In this document: piece after piece, positions 27,334-35,796 of the stretch
Layout: every line of letters starts with the position of its first letter
Position numbering within the stretch: position 1 is the first letter of the stretch
The notes under the pieces: generated by a model
Seen by the model: only the letters and a program-made list of their open reading frames with translations
The model's database searches: none
What the model was told of the DNA's origin: nothing
Source: Actinomycetota bacterium
GTDB lineage: Bacteria; Actinomycetota; Acidimicrobiia; IMCC26256; VFJJ01
Direction of reading: 5' to 3'
DNA length: 64,000 nt
NCBI GenBank assembly: GCA_009886115.1
Contig: VFJJ01000105.1
Span: forward strand, 1,891-65,890
Made by a program: the position numbers and the translations under genes

Positions 27334-28896
27334 ATGAACGTGAGCCGTACGTTGGTCCTGGGGGATCCCGTGATCGCGCTCGACACTGCGTCGACGATTC
27401 CCGACGGCGCGGTCATCGTCGAGGGCTCCGAGATCGTCGAGGTCGGTCCCCGGGTCGAGCTCGAAGGGCACGGACCGTTCGACGCCGTGCTCGGTGGCCC
27501 GACCAGCATCGTCATGCCCGGCTTCGTGAACGGGCACTACCACACCGAGTGCTTCACCGGGCCGGGCCTGATCGGCACGATCTTCGAGCTCTCGAACCTG
27601 TTCCTCGGCACAGCACCGCGCGAGGCCGACGAGGAGATCTTCGGGCTCCTCGCCATGCACGGCCTGATCCAGGCGGCCAAGGGTGGGCAGACCTCCACGG
27701 TCGACGTGTTCTACGGCAAGCCCAGCCTCCCCCGCTTCGGCGCCGACGGGGTCTTGCGGGCCTACGAGCAGATCGGGCTGCGGACGGCGCTGGCCATGAG
27801 CCTGCGCGACCAGAACATCTACGCCCACGAGGACGATGCTCGTTTCCTCGCCCGGGTTCCCGCCAGCACCGCAGAGGAGATCCGACGGTCGCCGCTCGGC
27901 TACGCCTGGCCCGTCGACGACGTGTTCAGCGCCTACGACGGTCTCGTGAGCGACTGGGACGGGCGAGGCGACCGCTTCCGGCTGCTCCTGGCGCCCGATT
28001 GGACGCCCGCGGTGTCCGACGACCTGTTCCGGCGGGTACGCCGGGCCGCCACCGAGTACGCGACGGGCATCACCACCCACGTGCTCGAGACCCGCTCGGA
28101 GCTCCTGTGGAACCTCGAGACCTACGGAAAGCCTGCGGTGCAGCGGCTCCACGATCTCGGTGTGCTGGGCGACGACGTGAGCTTCAGCCACTTCGTCTGG
28201 GCCACCGACACCGATCTCGACATCTTCGTCGACTCCGGCGTGGTGGCCGTGAGCAACGTGGGGTCGAACCTGCGCTTGTCGTCGGGGATCGCCCGGGTCC
28301 GTGACATGCTCGCCCGGGGCGGCCGCGTGGCCTTCGGCACCGACGGGATCTCGGTCGGCGATCGCGAGGACTTCTTCACCGAGCTGCGCACCGCGCTGTT
28401 GCTCCAGCGCCAGCCCGACGTCGTCGACGACCACCGTCTCGACTCCGAGCAGGTGCTCCGCGCCGCCGGCACGAACGGGTCTCGGGCCCTGGGCATTCCG
28501 GGACGAGTCGGCCGTCTCGCTGCTGGCACCCACGCCGATCTGCTGGTGCTCGACACGAAGCGCCTGTTCTTCCCGCCCGGCCGGTACGCGGCAACGCCCG
28601 TCCTCGACGTGATCGTCGATCGGGCCCACGCCGACGACATCACCACCGTGATGGTTCACGGGCAGGTCGTCGTCGACCGGGGCCGGGTGCTCACCGTCGA
28701 CGAGGACACGGTCGTCGACCGCATCAACGAGCTCTCGGAGCGGCTGTACGCGGTGACGCCCGAGAGCACCCGCTGGTTGGAGCTGGCGATCGAGCTGTGG
28801 CCGCACGCCCGGTCGATCTACGAGCGCTGGTACGGAATGCCCGTCGAGCAGCCCGCGTCGATCTACAACACGCGCACGCCGCCCCGGATCGGCTGA
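27334..28896 (+). CDS. Amidohydrolase-family protein (chlorohydrolase / aminohydrolase type)
   Basis: The protein has MPGFVNGHYHTE (HxH metal site), ...THVLET... and ...FGTDG... (C-terminal Asp ligand region). Confidence 0.85.
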   Translation: MNVSRTLVLGDPVIALDTASTIPDGAVIVEGSEIVEVGPRVELEGHGPFDAVLGGPTSIVMPGFVNGHYHTECFTGPGLIGTIFELSNLFLGTAPREADEEIFGLLAMHGLIQAAKGGQTSTVDVFYGKPSLPRFGADGVLRAYEQIGLRTALAMSLRDQNIYAHEDDARFLARVPASTAEEIRRSPLGYAWPVDDVFSAYDGLVSDWDGRGDRFRLLLAPDWTPAVSDDLFRRVRRAATEYATGITTHVLETRSELLWNLETYGKPAVQRLHDLGVLGDDVSFSHFVWATDTDLDIFVDSGVVAVSNVGSNLRLSSGIARVRDMLARGGRVAFGTDGISVGDREDFFTELRTALLLQRQPDVVDDHRLDSEQVLRAAGTNGSRALGIPGRVGRLAAGTHADLLVLDTKRLFFPPGRYAATPVLDVIVDRAHADDITTVMVHGQVVVDRGRVLTVDEDTVVDRINELSERLYAVTPESTRWLELAIELWPHARSIYERWYGMPVEQPASIYNTRTPPRIG

Positions 28897-29912
28897 TGGC
28901 CGACGTCGCGGCGAGCCCGGCCCGGTCGCAGGGCCCGGGGACGGAGGCATCGGCCCTCATACCCGGGCGCGCCACGGAGATGCCCGTCGAGCAGCGTTAC
29001 CCGCTCGATCTCGTGAGCCGACTCGGAGACGTGAGGCAGCTCTACCTCGACGCCTCGGCCGATCGCTGGGATCCCGAGACCGACATCGACCTGTCGGGTC
29101 TCGGCTCTGAGGCAACCGAGGTTCAACGCGCAGCGGGGGCCCTGGTCTGGAGCCACAGGGCCTGGCTCGAGTACCGGGGGATCGGCGAGAGCGAAGCGGC
29201 GCTGGTGAGGATGTGCCTGGAACGCGATCGCGAGGTCGACATCAAGTACCTCCTCACCGCGAGAGGTACCGCCAAGGCCTTGGCTACCGAGGCCTGTTGG
29301 ATGGTCGCCGAGCACCTCGGGGGCTACCTCGAGACGCCTGGTTCGCCCGTGCTGGCTGGGCTGCTGCGCGATCGTGTCGCGCGGCGGGGCCTGCACGCCG
29401 ACGTCGATCCCGACGCGTTCGTCGTGGCGCACTTCGTGCTGGGCGACACGATCGACCTGGCGCTGTGGCGCGCCGCGCTCGACGCTGCGGGCACGGGCCG
29501 ACACGATGGCGTGCGGGGCCTGATCGCACGGTTGGTCACGGCCAAGACCCGCCACGCGGCGTTCGGCTGGGCCTACGCCGAGGCTCGCCTCCCCCGGCTC
29601 GACCTCGACCAGCGAGCGGCCGTCGAGGCCAACCTCACGGCCGCGCTGGCACGGGAGCGAGGTGGCCTGAGGGTCGTGGCCGGCCTGGCCGATCGGGGGC
29701 GAGATCGGTTCACCGATGATCTGGTGGCTGCGGTCGACAGCACGGCCGCCGCCGGGCTGGGCGGCGCCGACAACACCCGGATGGCTGGCGCGCTCGACGA
29801 GGCGGTCGACGAGGTACGGTCGGGCTTGGCCCGGCTCGGGATCTCGCTCATCGAGCCGGCAACGCCGTCACCGACAAGACCGGGTATGGATCCGATTCAG
29901 GGGCCCTCGTGA
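28896..29912 (+). CDS. Ferritin-like four-helix-bundle protein, degenerate paralog of the next gene (metal ligands largely lost)
   Basis: It aligns by eye with the downstream protein (..RAWLEYRGIGESEA.. vs ..RAWGEYGAISESPA..; ..AEHLGGYLE.. vs ..ADLLGGYLPE..; ..RHAAFGWAY.. vs ..RHCEFGWEY..). The positions of both ExxH motifs read AKALA and AKTRH. There is a TGATG junction with the amidohydrolase gene. Confidence 0.6.
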   Translation: MADVAASPARSQGPGTEASALIPGRATEMPVEQRYPLDLVSRLGDVRQLYLDASADRWDPETDIDLSGLGSEATEVQRAAGALVWSHRAWLEYRGIGESEAALVRMCLERDREVDIKYLLTARGTAKALATEACWMVAEHLGGYLETPGSPVLAGLLRDRVARRGLHADVDPDAFVVAHFVLGDTIDLALWRAALDAAGTGRHDGVRGLIARLVTAKTRHAAFGWAYAEARLPRLDLDQRAAVEANLTAALARERGGLRVVAGLADRGRDRFTDDLVAAVDSTAAAGLGGADNTRMAGALDEAVDEVRSGLARLGISLIEPATPSPTRPGMDPIQGPS

Positions 29913-30898
29913 GCAGCATCCTCGATCGAGACGACCGTGCGTTCCCCCTTCGGCTGGGGCCGACCCTGCCCGCGGTGCGCACGCTCTACCGTCGGGCCAA
30001 GCGCCTGGCGTGGGACCCGATGCTCTCGATCCCGTGGGACCAGTTCGACCCGACCCGCTACTCGGCCGAGGTCCGCGAAGCCGGGCGGCTCTACTACTCG
30101 GGAAGGGCCTGGGGCGAGTACGGCGCGATCTCCGAGAGCCCGGCCATGCAGTTGCGCTACGACCTCGACGACCTCGAGCCCGATCTGAGCCTGTTCTGGG
30201 CGTTGCGCACCCAGGAGGAGGCGCGCCATGCCGAGGTGAGCGCCCACATGGCCGACCTGCTCGGCGGCTATCTCCCCGAGCCCCCGCCGCCCCCCGCGCC
30301 GCCGGCCCCGGCGGCGACCGCTCCCGTCTCTCCGGCTGCGACGCCGGCCCCGGTCGTCGCCGCGACCGCCCTCGACGAAGCCCCGCCGGCCACCGGGCCG
30401 TACCTGGGAACGCGGGCCCGGGCGCTGGCGGCCGACATCCCCGTCGAGGCCACCATCGCCGGCCTCGTGTGCGTGGCCGAGACGGTCGTCTACGACGTCT
30501 TCGTGGCGCTCATCCGTGAGCTGCGCGACCCGGTGGCCAAGGAGATCTTCCGCCACATCCTGCGCGACGAGATTCGCCACTGCGAGTTCGGCTGGGAGTA
30601 CCTCACGCATCGCCGCGCCCACCTCACGCCCGAGGTGATCGACGCCTGCCGAACGGCGATGATCTCGATGATCCGCGACGTCGAGCTCGGCGGCTATCGC
30701 AGCCCGTGGTTGCGGGCCGATCCCGACGAGGAAGCCGTCCGACTCGAGCGCATCGTCTTCGAGGCCGGCCTCGGCGGCGTCACCCCCGAGTGGGAGGGCC
30801 CGGTGCTCATGGCATCGATCGCCGGGGTGCGCGAACGAGCGTCCGGCCTCGGCATCGACATCCCGATCTTCCACCATCACCTGCTCGGGACGGTGTGA
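29909..30898 (+). CDS. Ferritin-like diiron-carboxylate protein (putative oxygenase/oxidase)
   Basis: The ligand pattern E...EEARH (nt 30215-30229) ... E ... DEIRH (nt 30566-30580) gives E/ExxH/E/ExxH. A Pro/Ala-rich insertion (PEPPPPPAPPAPAATAPVSPAATPAP) is present. There is a GTGA overlap with the upstream paralog. Confidence 0.7.
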   Translation: MSSILDRDDRAFPLRLGPTLPAVRTLYRRAKRLAWDPMLSIPWDQFDPTRYSAEVREAGRLYYSGRAWGEYGAISESPAMQLRYDLDDLEPDLSLFWALRTQEEARHAEVSAHMADLLGGYLPEPPPPPAPPAPAATAPVSPAATPAPVVAATALDEAPPATGPYLGTRARALAADIPVEATIAGLVCVAETVVYDVFVALIRELRDPVAKEIFRHILRDEIRHCEFGWEYLTHRRAHLTPEVIDACRTAMISMIRDVELGGYRSPWLRADPDEEAVRLERIVFEAGLGGVTPEWEGPVLMASIAGVRERASGLGIDIPIFHHHLLGTV

Positions 30899-30903
30899 GG
30901 GCC

Positions 30904-30951
30904 CAACTGCCAGCGTGGGTACCGGTATCCCGGTAGCCACGGTGACAGTTG
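30904..30951. repeat. 48-nt palindromic element, copy 3 (TATC loop, 19/22 arm pairing)
   Basis: The sequence is CAACTGCCAGCGTGGGTACCGG-TATC-CCGGTAGCCACGGTGACAGTTG. It lies between the convergent ferritin-like and Rieske genes. Confidence 0.85.
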
Positions 30952-30967
30952 CGGGGGTCAGGCCACA

Positions 30968-31948
30968 TCAGCCGGTGGCGAGCTCGCGGAGCATGCGACG
31001 GTAGGCCAGGCTGGCCTTGTCAGCGGGGACGTGCGCACCGGCGTCGGGCGACAGATCGAGCGAGGGATCGTCGATGCGCTCGAGCATCCACAGGTCTTCG
31101 TCGAGCACGACGTCGGTGAACGCGACCTCGCGTTCGAGGGCGAGCGGATCGTCGCCGGCATTGGTGGCGATCAGTTGGTACACGCGGCTCGATCCGTTGC
31201 GCTCGGGTTGGATCGTCTGGAACCAGGCGAGGATCCGGCCGTCGGGCATGTCGACGCGCAGCCACGCCGTGAACGGCGCCGCGCAGATCGAGTGGTGTGG
31301 CGCAACGCTGCCCGGGGCGTCGGAGACCGCCGCCTCGAAGCGGATGTCGACGATGTGGGCCTGCCGATCGACCGAGATCGCCTCGGGTCGCGGCTGGCCG
31401 TAGCTGTACCCGAACGACTTGGCGTGTACGAACGGCAGATGCGAGAAGTCGAAGTTGTTCTCCATGAGCTGCGGTGCGCCGATGTGGGCTTCCCGCACTC
31501 GCAGTGCAGCCCCCTGGAAGCCCTCGGCCGTCCATTCGGGAAAGTCGAGCACGGGGGTGCGGGGCGCCTCGGGGGCGATCCACACGATGCCGTGGGCCTC
31601 GCACACGTGCGGCGTGGAAGCGGTCGAGCGGATCCCGGCCGCCGGTGCTGCACCGACCGACGGCGCGAGCACACACGCCCCGGTCGCGTCGTAACACCAG
31701 CCGTGGTAGCCGCACTGCAGCACGGGTCCCCCGTCGTCGGGAAGCTCGATCACCGAACCGACGGACAAGCGCGCGCCCCGATGGGGGCACCGATCGTGGT
31801 ACGCCGCCACCTGATCACCCAGCCGGACCACCGCATAGGCGTGCCCGAGCAGCATCACCCTCGTCGGCGTGTCGCCGATCTCGACGGACAGCGCAACCGG
31901 ATGCCAGAACGATCGGAGCCACGGGCTCTCGTTGTCGACGTGTGCCAT
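30968..31948 (-). CDS. Rieske [2Fe-2S] non-heme-iron oxygenase, alpha-subunit type (VanA/KshA-like, single component)
   Basis: The Rieske motif is CPHRGARLS...CGYHGWCYD. The downstream catalytic domain has NNFDFSHLPFVH. Confidence 0.85.
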   Translation of the reverse strand: MAHVDNESPWLRSFWHPVALSVEIGDTPTRVMLLGHAYAVVRLGDQVAAYHDRCPHRGARLSVGSVIELPDDGGPVLQCGYHGWCYDATGACVLAPSVGAAPAAGIRSTASTPHVCEAHGIVWIAPEAPRTPVLDFPEWTAEGFQGAALRVREAHIGAPQLMENNFDFSHLPFVHAKSFGYSYGQPRPEAISVDRQAHIVDIRFEAAVSDAPGSVAPHHSICAAPFTAWLRVDMPDGRILAWFQTIQPERNGSSRVYQLIATNAGDDPLALEREVAFTDVVLDEDLWMLERIDDPSLDLSPDAGAHVPADKASLAYRRMLRELATG

Positions 31949-31966
31949 GGATGCGAATGTATTTCG

Positions 31967-32593
31967 TCAGGGCGAGCGATGCATCCGTACGAGCACGTTC
32001 GCCACCAATTTCTCGAATTCCGACAGGGCCACGATCGGCGGGTCGACGTACGAGTGGACGGTGACCACACCAGCGAAATCGCCCACGTGCACGACGCTGA
32101 TCATCGTCGAACGGACGTCGCCATCGCGGCTGCGCTCCACGAAGCTGACCACGGCTGGGCTGTCGTTGACGGTCGTCAGACGCTGCATCCGATCGTCGGG
32201 CTGGCGTGAGCCGGTGAACGTCGCGACGCCGTCGAGGAGCGTGACCCGCTCGGCGAAATCGGCGACCGCCGCGCTCTCGTCGGCCCACTCATGGATCTGG
32301 CACTGCAGGTAGGCGGTCCCGTCGGCACGGAGGAAGCCGGACTGCGCGTTGGCCCAGCGAGCGCGCGTGAAGCCGGGAAGGTCACCCGACCCACAACCTC
32401 TCGAGAGGGTGACATCGAAGCCGACGTCGTCGGGCACGGTGGAAGGGCGCGAGACGAGGAGCGTGGCAACGACCTCTTCCGGCTCACCCTGATTGAGGAG
32501 CCAGAAGGCACCCGTCGTGGCGAGCACGACACTGGCGATGCTCGCCCCCACGGAGATCACCCGTCGAAACCGCGATGCCTGAGCCGGCGGCAT
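31967..32593 (-). CDS. Hypothetical membrane-anchored protein
   Basis: A 208-aa ORF with an N-terminal TM segment (VISVGASIASVVLATTGAFWLL) and no recognisable motif. The coding call rests on length and the absence of a competing supported frame. Confidence 0.55.
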   Translation of the reverse strand: MPPAQASRFRRVISVGASIASVVLATTGAFWLLNQGEPEEVVATLLVSRPSTVPDDVGFDVTLSRGCGSGDLPGFTRARWANAQSGFLRADGTAYLQCQIHEWADESAAVADFAERVTLLDGVATFTGSRQPDDRMQRLTTVNDSPAVVSFVERSRDGDVRSTMISVVHVGDFAGVVTVHSYVDPPIVALSEFEKLVANVLVRMHRSP

Positions 32594-32650
32594 GTGCGTA
32601 GTCTACGAACGGCACGGGGCCCGGGTCTCTCTGAACCTCAGGTGCACGCC

Positions 32651-33367
32651 ATGGGAGGAACCATGATCCCGTCTGAACTCCTCGAACGCATCGGGCGCCC
32701 CGAGGTCGAGCGATGGCGGCAGCACCCGTTCGTCAACGGTCTGACCGACGGGACGCTGCCGGTCGAGGCGTTTCGGTGGTATCTCCAGCAGGATTGGCTG
32801 TACCTGAAGAACTACGTGCGGGTCTACGCGCGCCTGGCCGGCATCGCTCCCGACGGTGCCATGGAGCATCTGGTGCACCTCGCCCACGAGCTCGTCACCA
32901 CCGAGCTCGGGCTGATCAGGACCATGATGGAGCCCTTCGCCGTCGACCTCGTGAGCATCGAGCCCACGCCGGTGAACCGTGCGTACCAGGAGTTCCTCCT
33001 CGATACCGCGTCGCGCGATTTCGCCGAGGGGGTCGCGGCGACCATGCCGTGCCTGTGGGGGTATTCGGTGCTGGGCCGGTCCATGCCCGAGCCCCCGGTC
33101 GACGGTTCGCACCCGTACGAGTCGTGGGTCGCGGTGTATCGGGCCGACTCGATGCGTGCCAACACCGACCTGCTCCTCGGGCTCCTCGACGATGCAGCCC
33201 GCGTCGCACCGGGCACCGATCCCGCTGCGATCGAGAAGGCGTTCAGGCGGGCCTTCGAGCTCGAGTGGCTCTTCTGGGACAACCCGCATCTGCGTGCGTC
33301 GGCCACGCGCTTGGCGTGCAGCGAGGAAGCAGACAGGACAAGTTCATCCCCCCGAAATAAGATCTGA
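32651..33367 (+). CDS. tenA: TenA/thiaminase II family protein (aminopyrimidine aminohydrolase-like)
   Basis: The pattern HPFVNGLTDGTLPVEAFRWYLQQDWLYLKNYVRVYA...NRAYQEFLL...MPCLWGYS...ELEWLFWD is TenA-like. The real start lies inside a longer track ORF. Confidence 0.8.
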   Translation: MGGTMIPSELLERIGRPEVERWRQHPFVNGLTDGTLPVEAFRWYLQQDWLYLKNYVRVYARLAGIAPDGAMEHLVHLAHELVTTELGLIRTMMEPFAVDLVSIEPTPVNRAYQEFLLDTASRDFAEGVAATMPCLWGYSVLGRSMPEPPVDGSHPYESWVAVYRADSMRANTDLLLGLLDDAARVAPGTDPAAIEKAFRRAFELEWLFWDNPHLRASATRLACSEEADRTSSSPRNKI

Positions 33368-33412
33368 TGCACAATGTCTGGTGTCTCGACTCTGAGAGTG
33401 GGAGGACGAGGG

Positions 33413-34732
33413 ATGCAGCCCCAACCTGACGGTGCCGGCAACCAAACCCTCAAGGCGCGCCACGCGAGGGTGATCCCGCACTGGGTCGACCAGATGTACG
33501 CCGAGCCGCTGGAGCTCGTCTCGGGGCAGGGCGTCATGGTGACCGACGCCAACGGCGTCGAGTACCTCGACTTCTTCGCCGGGCTGGCGACCACGGCGAC
33601 GGGCCACAACCTCCCCGAGCTCGTCGAAGCGGTGACCGCGCAGTTGGGCAAGATCATCCACTCGTCGACGCTGTACCTCATACGCCCCATGGTCGAGCTG
33701 GCCGAGCTCCTGGTGTCGCTCACGCCGCCCATGCAGGAGAAGGCGTTCTTCGTGAACTCCGGCACCGAGGCCGTCGATGCGGCGCTGCTCGTGGCCACCA
33801 GCTTCCGCCGCTCGCACCAGATCATCGCCATGCGTCACAGCTACCACGGACGGTCGTTCAGCGCGGTGGCGGTCACCGGCAACCGCGGCTACTCCGCGAC
33901 GAACCTCACGCCGTTCAACGTGCAGTACGCCCCGTACGCCTACTGCTACCGCTGCCCGTTCCATCTCACGTACCCGAGCTGCGATGTCGCCTGTGCCCGC
34001 GATCTCGACACGGTCATCAAGACCCAGACGGCGGGCGACATCGCCGCACTCATCATCGAGCCCATCCAGGGCGTCAACGGGTTCGTCACACCGCCGCCGG
34101 AGTTCTTCCCGATCATCCGCGAGATCTGCGATCGCCACGGCATCCTGCTGATCTCGGACGAGATCCAGACCGGGTTCGGCCGCACTGGCGAGGCGCTGTG
34201 GGGCATCGAGGCCGACGGCGTCGATGCCGACCTGATGGTCATGGCCAAGGGACTCGGCAACGGCATACCCATCGCCGCCGTGCTCGGCCGGGCCGACGTG
34301 ATGGACTCGCTCACGGCCGGCTCGATCAGCACCTTCGGTGGCAACCACCTGGCCTCGACGGCGGCCCTGGCCAACGTGAACTACATCGCGGGGCACGACC
34401 TCGTCGGCAACGCCGCCAAGCAGGGAGCCACGATCCGCGAGGCCCTCCTCGGGCTGCAGCGCCGGTACCCCGATGCCATCGGCGACGTTCGGGGCAAGGG
34501 CCTCATGCAGGCGATCGAGCTGGCCGACGCCGACGTTCACCGCACCCCCCGGGCCGATCTCGCCGCCCAGATCCAGGAGGCGTGCCGCGAGCGCGGACTG
34601 CTCGTGGGCAAGGGCGGTATCGACTGGAACGTCATCCGGTTGGCCCCGCCGCTCGTCGTCGACGACAGCCACGTCGGCGAGGCCCTCCGCATCCTCAGTG
34701 AGGCGTGCACGCATGTGTTGGCGGGGCCATGA
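33413..34732 (+). CDS. Class III (omega) aminotransferase, PLP-dependent
   Basis: Motifs present are FVNSGTEAVDAAL, ISDEIQTGFGRTG and MVMAKGLGNG (PLP Lys). GGAGGA sits 8 nt upstream of ATG 33413. Confidence 0.85.
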   Translation: MQPQPDGAGNQTLKARHARVIPHWVDQMYAEPLELVSGQGVMVTDANGVEYLDFFAGLATTATGHNLPELVEAVTAQLGKIIHSSTLYLIRPMVELAELLVSLTPPMQEKAFFVNSGTEAVDAALLVATSFRRSHQIIAMRHSYHGRSFSAVAVTGNRGYSATNLTPFNVQYAPYAYCYRCPFHLTYPSCDVACARDLDTVIKTQTAGDIAALIIEPIQGVNGFVTPPPEFFPIIREICDRHGILLISDEIQTGFGRTGEALWGIEADGVDADLMVMAKGLGNGIPIAAVLGRADVMDSLTAGSISTFGGNHLASTAALANVNYIAGHDLVGNAAKQGATIREALLGLQRRYPDAIGDVRGKGLMQAIELADADVHRTPRADLAAQIQEACRERGLLVGKGGIDWNVIRLAPPLVVDDSHVGEALRILSEACTHVLAGP

Positions 34733-34778
34733 CCGGGCAGCGCCAGGACCGGGTGGGGGCCGTGACCAGGTGGGGCCC

Positions 34779-35765
34779 GTGACCGGGGCCCGTCGTTCCG
34801 CCAGCCGCCTGTCCGCCGTCGGCAACGTGCTCGATCGGTGTCTCGCCGTGCGCCACGGCGAGGAGGTCGTGCTCCTCACCGACGACGGAACCGATCCCCT
34901 CGTCGTCGACGGCCTGATCGAGGCCCTGATCGAACGCCGTGCCGTGCCGGTCGTGGCCCGGATTCCGCGACCTGTGCTCCCGGGAGAGGAGCCGCCCCGC
35001 TCGGTCGCCGCGCTGATGTGCGACGCCGCCGCGGTGATCGAGCTCACCTCGTTGTTCATCGGCTCGAACCAGGCTCGCCGACGGGCCAACGCTGCTGGCG
35101 TGCGCTATCTGGCCATGCCGGGCGTTCGCGCCTCCACGTTCCGGGCCGAGGGGCCGCTGGCCGTCGACTTCGACGCCATCCGAGTCACGGCCGAGCGGGT
35201 CGGTGCCGCCTGGACGGCCGCGACGACCTTCCGCCTCACCACCCCGGCCGGTACCGATCTCGTCGGCTCGGTGTCGGGACGGCCCGGTCGCGTGTTGCAC
35301 GGCGTGTGCCGAGGCGCCGGTGACTACATGGCGCCGCCCGACATCGAGGCCGGCACCGCGCCGGTCGAGGGAACGGGCTCGGGCACCGTGGTGGTCGATG
35401 CCGACCTGCTGTTCATGGGCGTCGGCCCGCTGCCCGAGCCGGTGGTGCTCGAGTTCCGCGACGGGCTGCTCGTTGCGGCCGAGGGCGCCGAAGCCGGCCG
35501 ACTCACCGACATGATCGAGCGGTGTGCCGACGATCGCATGCACAACCTGGCCGAGGTGTCGCTGGGGTTGAACCCGGCGGGCCGGGTGTGCGACGTGGCC
35601 ATGGAGACCGAGTCATCGCTCGGCAGCGCGCACATCGCGCTGGGGAATTCGATCGCCTATGGGGGCATCGTCGACGCCCGGGCCCATCTCGACGCTGTGA
35701 TGCGAGATGCGACCCTGGTGCTCGACGGGCGCCCGGTGCTCGAATGCGGAAGGCTGTTGGTATGA
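34779..35765 (+). CDS. Aminopeptidase T (M29)/NicX-like family protein
   Basis: The roughly 328-aa protein ...EEVVLLTDDGTDP...APPDIEAGTAPVEGTGSGTVVVD...SLGSAHIALGNS... resembles the AmpS/NicX fold pattern. The family assignment is by eye only. The start is uncertain (GTG 34770 or 34779). Confidence 0.55.
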   Translation: MTGARRSASRLSAVGNVLDRCLAVRHGEEVVLLTDDGTDPLVVDGLIEALIERRAVPVVARIPRPVLPGEEPPRSVAALMCDAAAVIELTSLFIGSNQARRRANAAGVRYLAMPGVRASTFRAEGPLAVDFDAIRVTAERVGAAWTAATTFRLTTPAGTDLVGSVSGRPGRVLHGVCRGAGDYMAPPDIEAGTAPVEGTGSGTVVVDADLLFMGVGPLPEPVVLEFRDGLLVAAEGAEAGRLTDMIERCADDRMHNLAEVSLGLNPAGRVCDVAMETESSLGSAHIALGNSIAYGGIVDARAHLDAVMRDATLVLDGRPVLECGRLLV

Positions 35766-35796
35766 ACCCCAAGGGGAAAAGAGAGAGGGAACAGAC

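Noticed and set aside
33385-33470. A CTGAGA motif (33388-33393) followed by ACCTGACGGTGCCGGC, considered as a possible TPP riboswitch ahead of the aminotransferase. The region 32594-32650 upstream of tenA was also examined.
   Set aside because: The ACCTGA segment lies inside the aminotransferase reading frame after a strong RBS and ATG (33413). The P2/P3 GGGGUGC...CUGAGA...ACCC arrangement and the UAAU loop are missing. The tenA leader (57 nt) is too short for the roughly 100-nt aptamer. An RF00059 scan would be needed to be certain.
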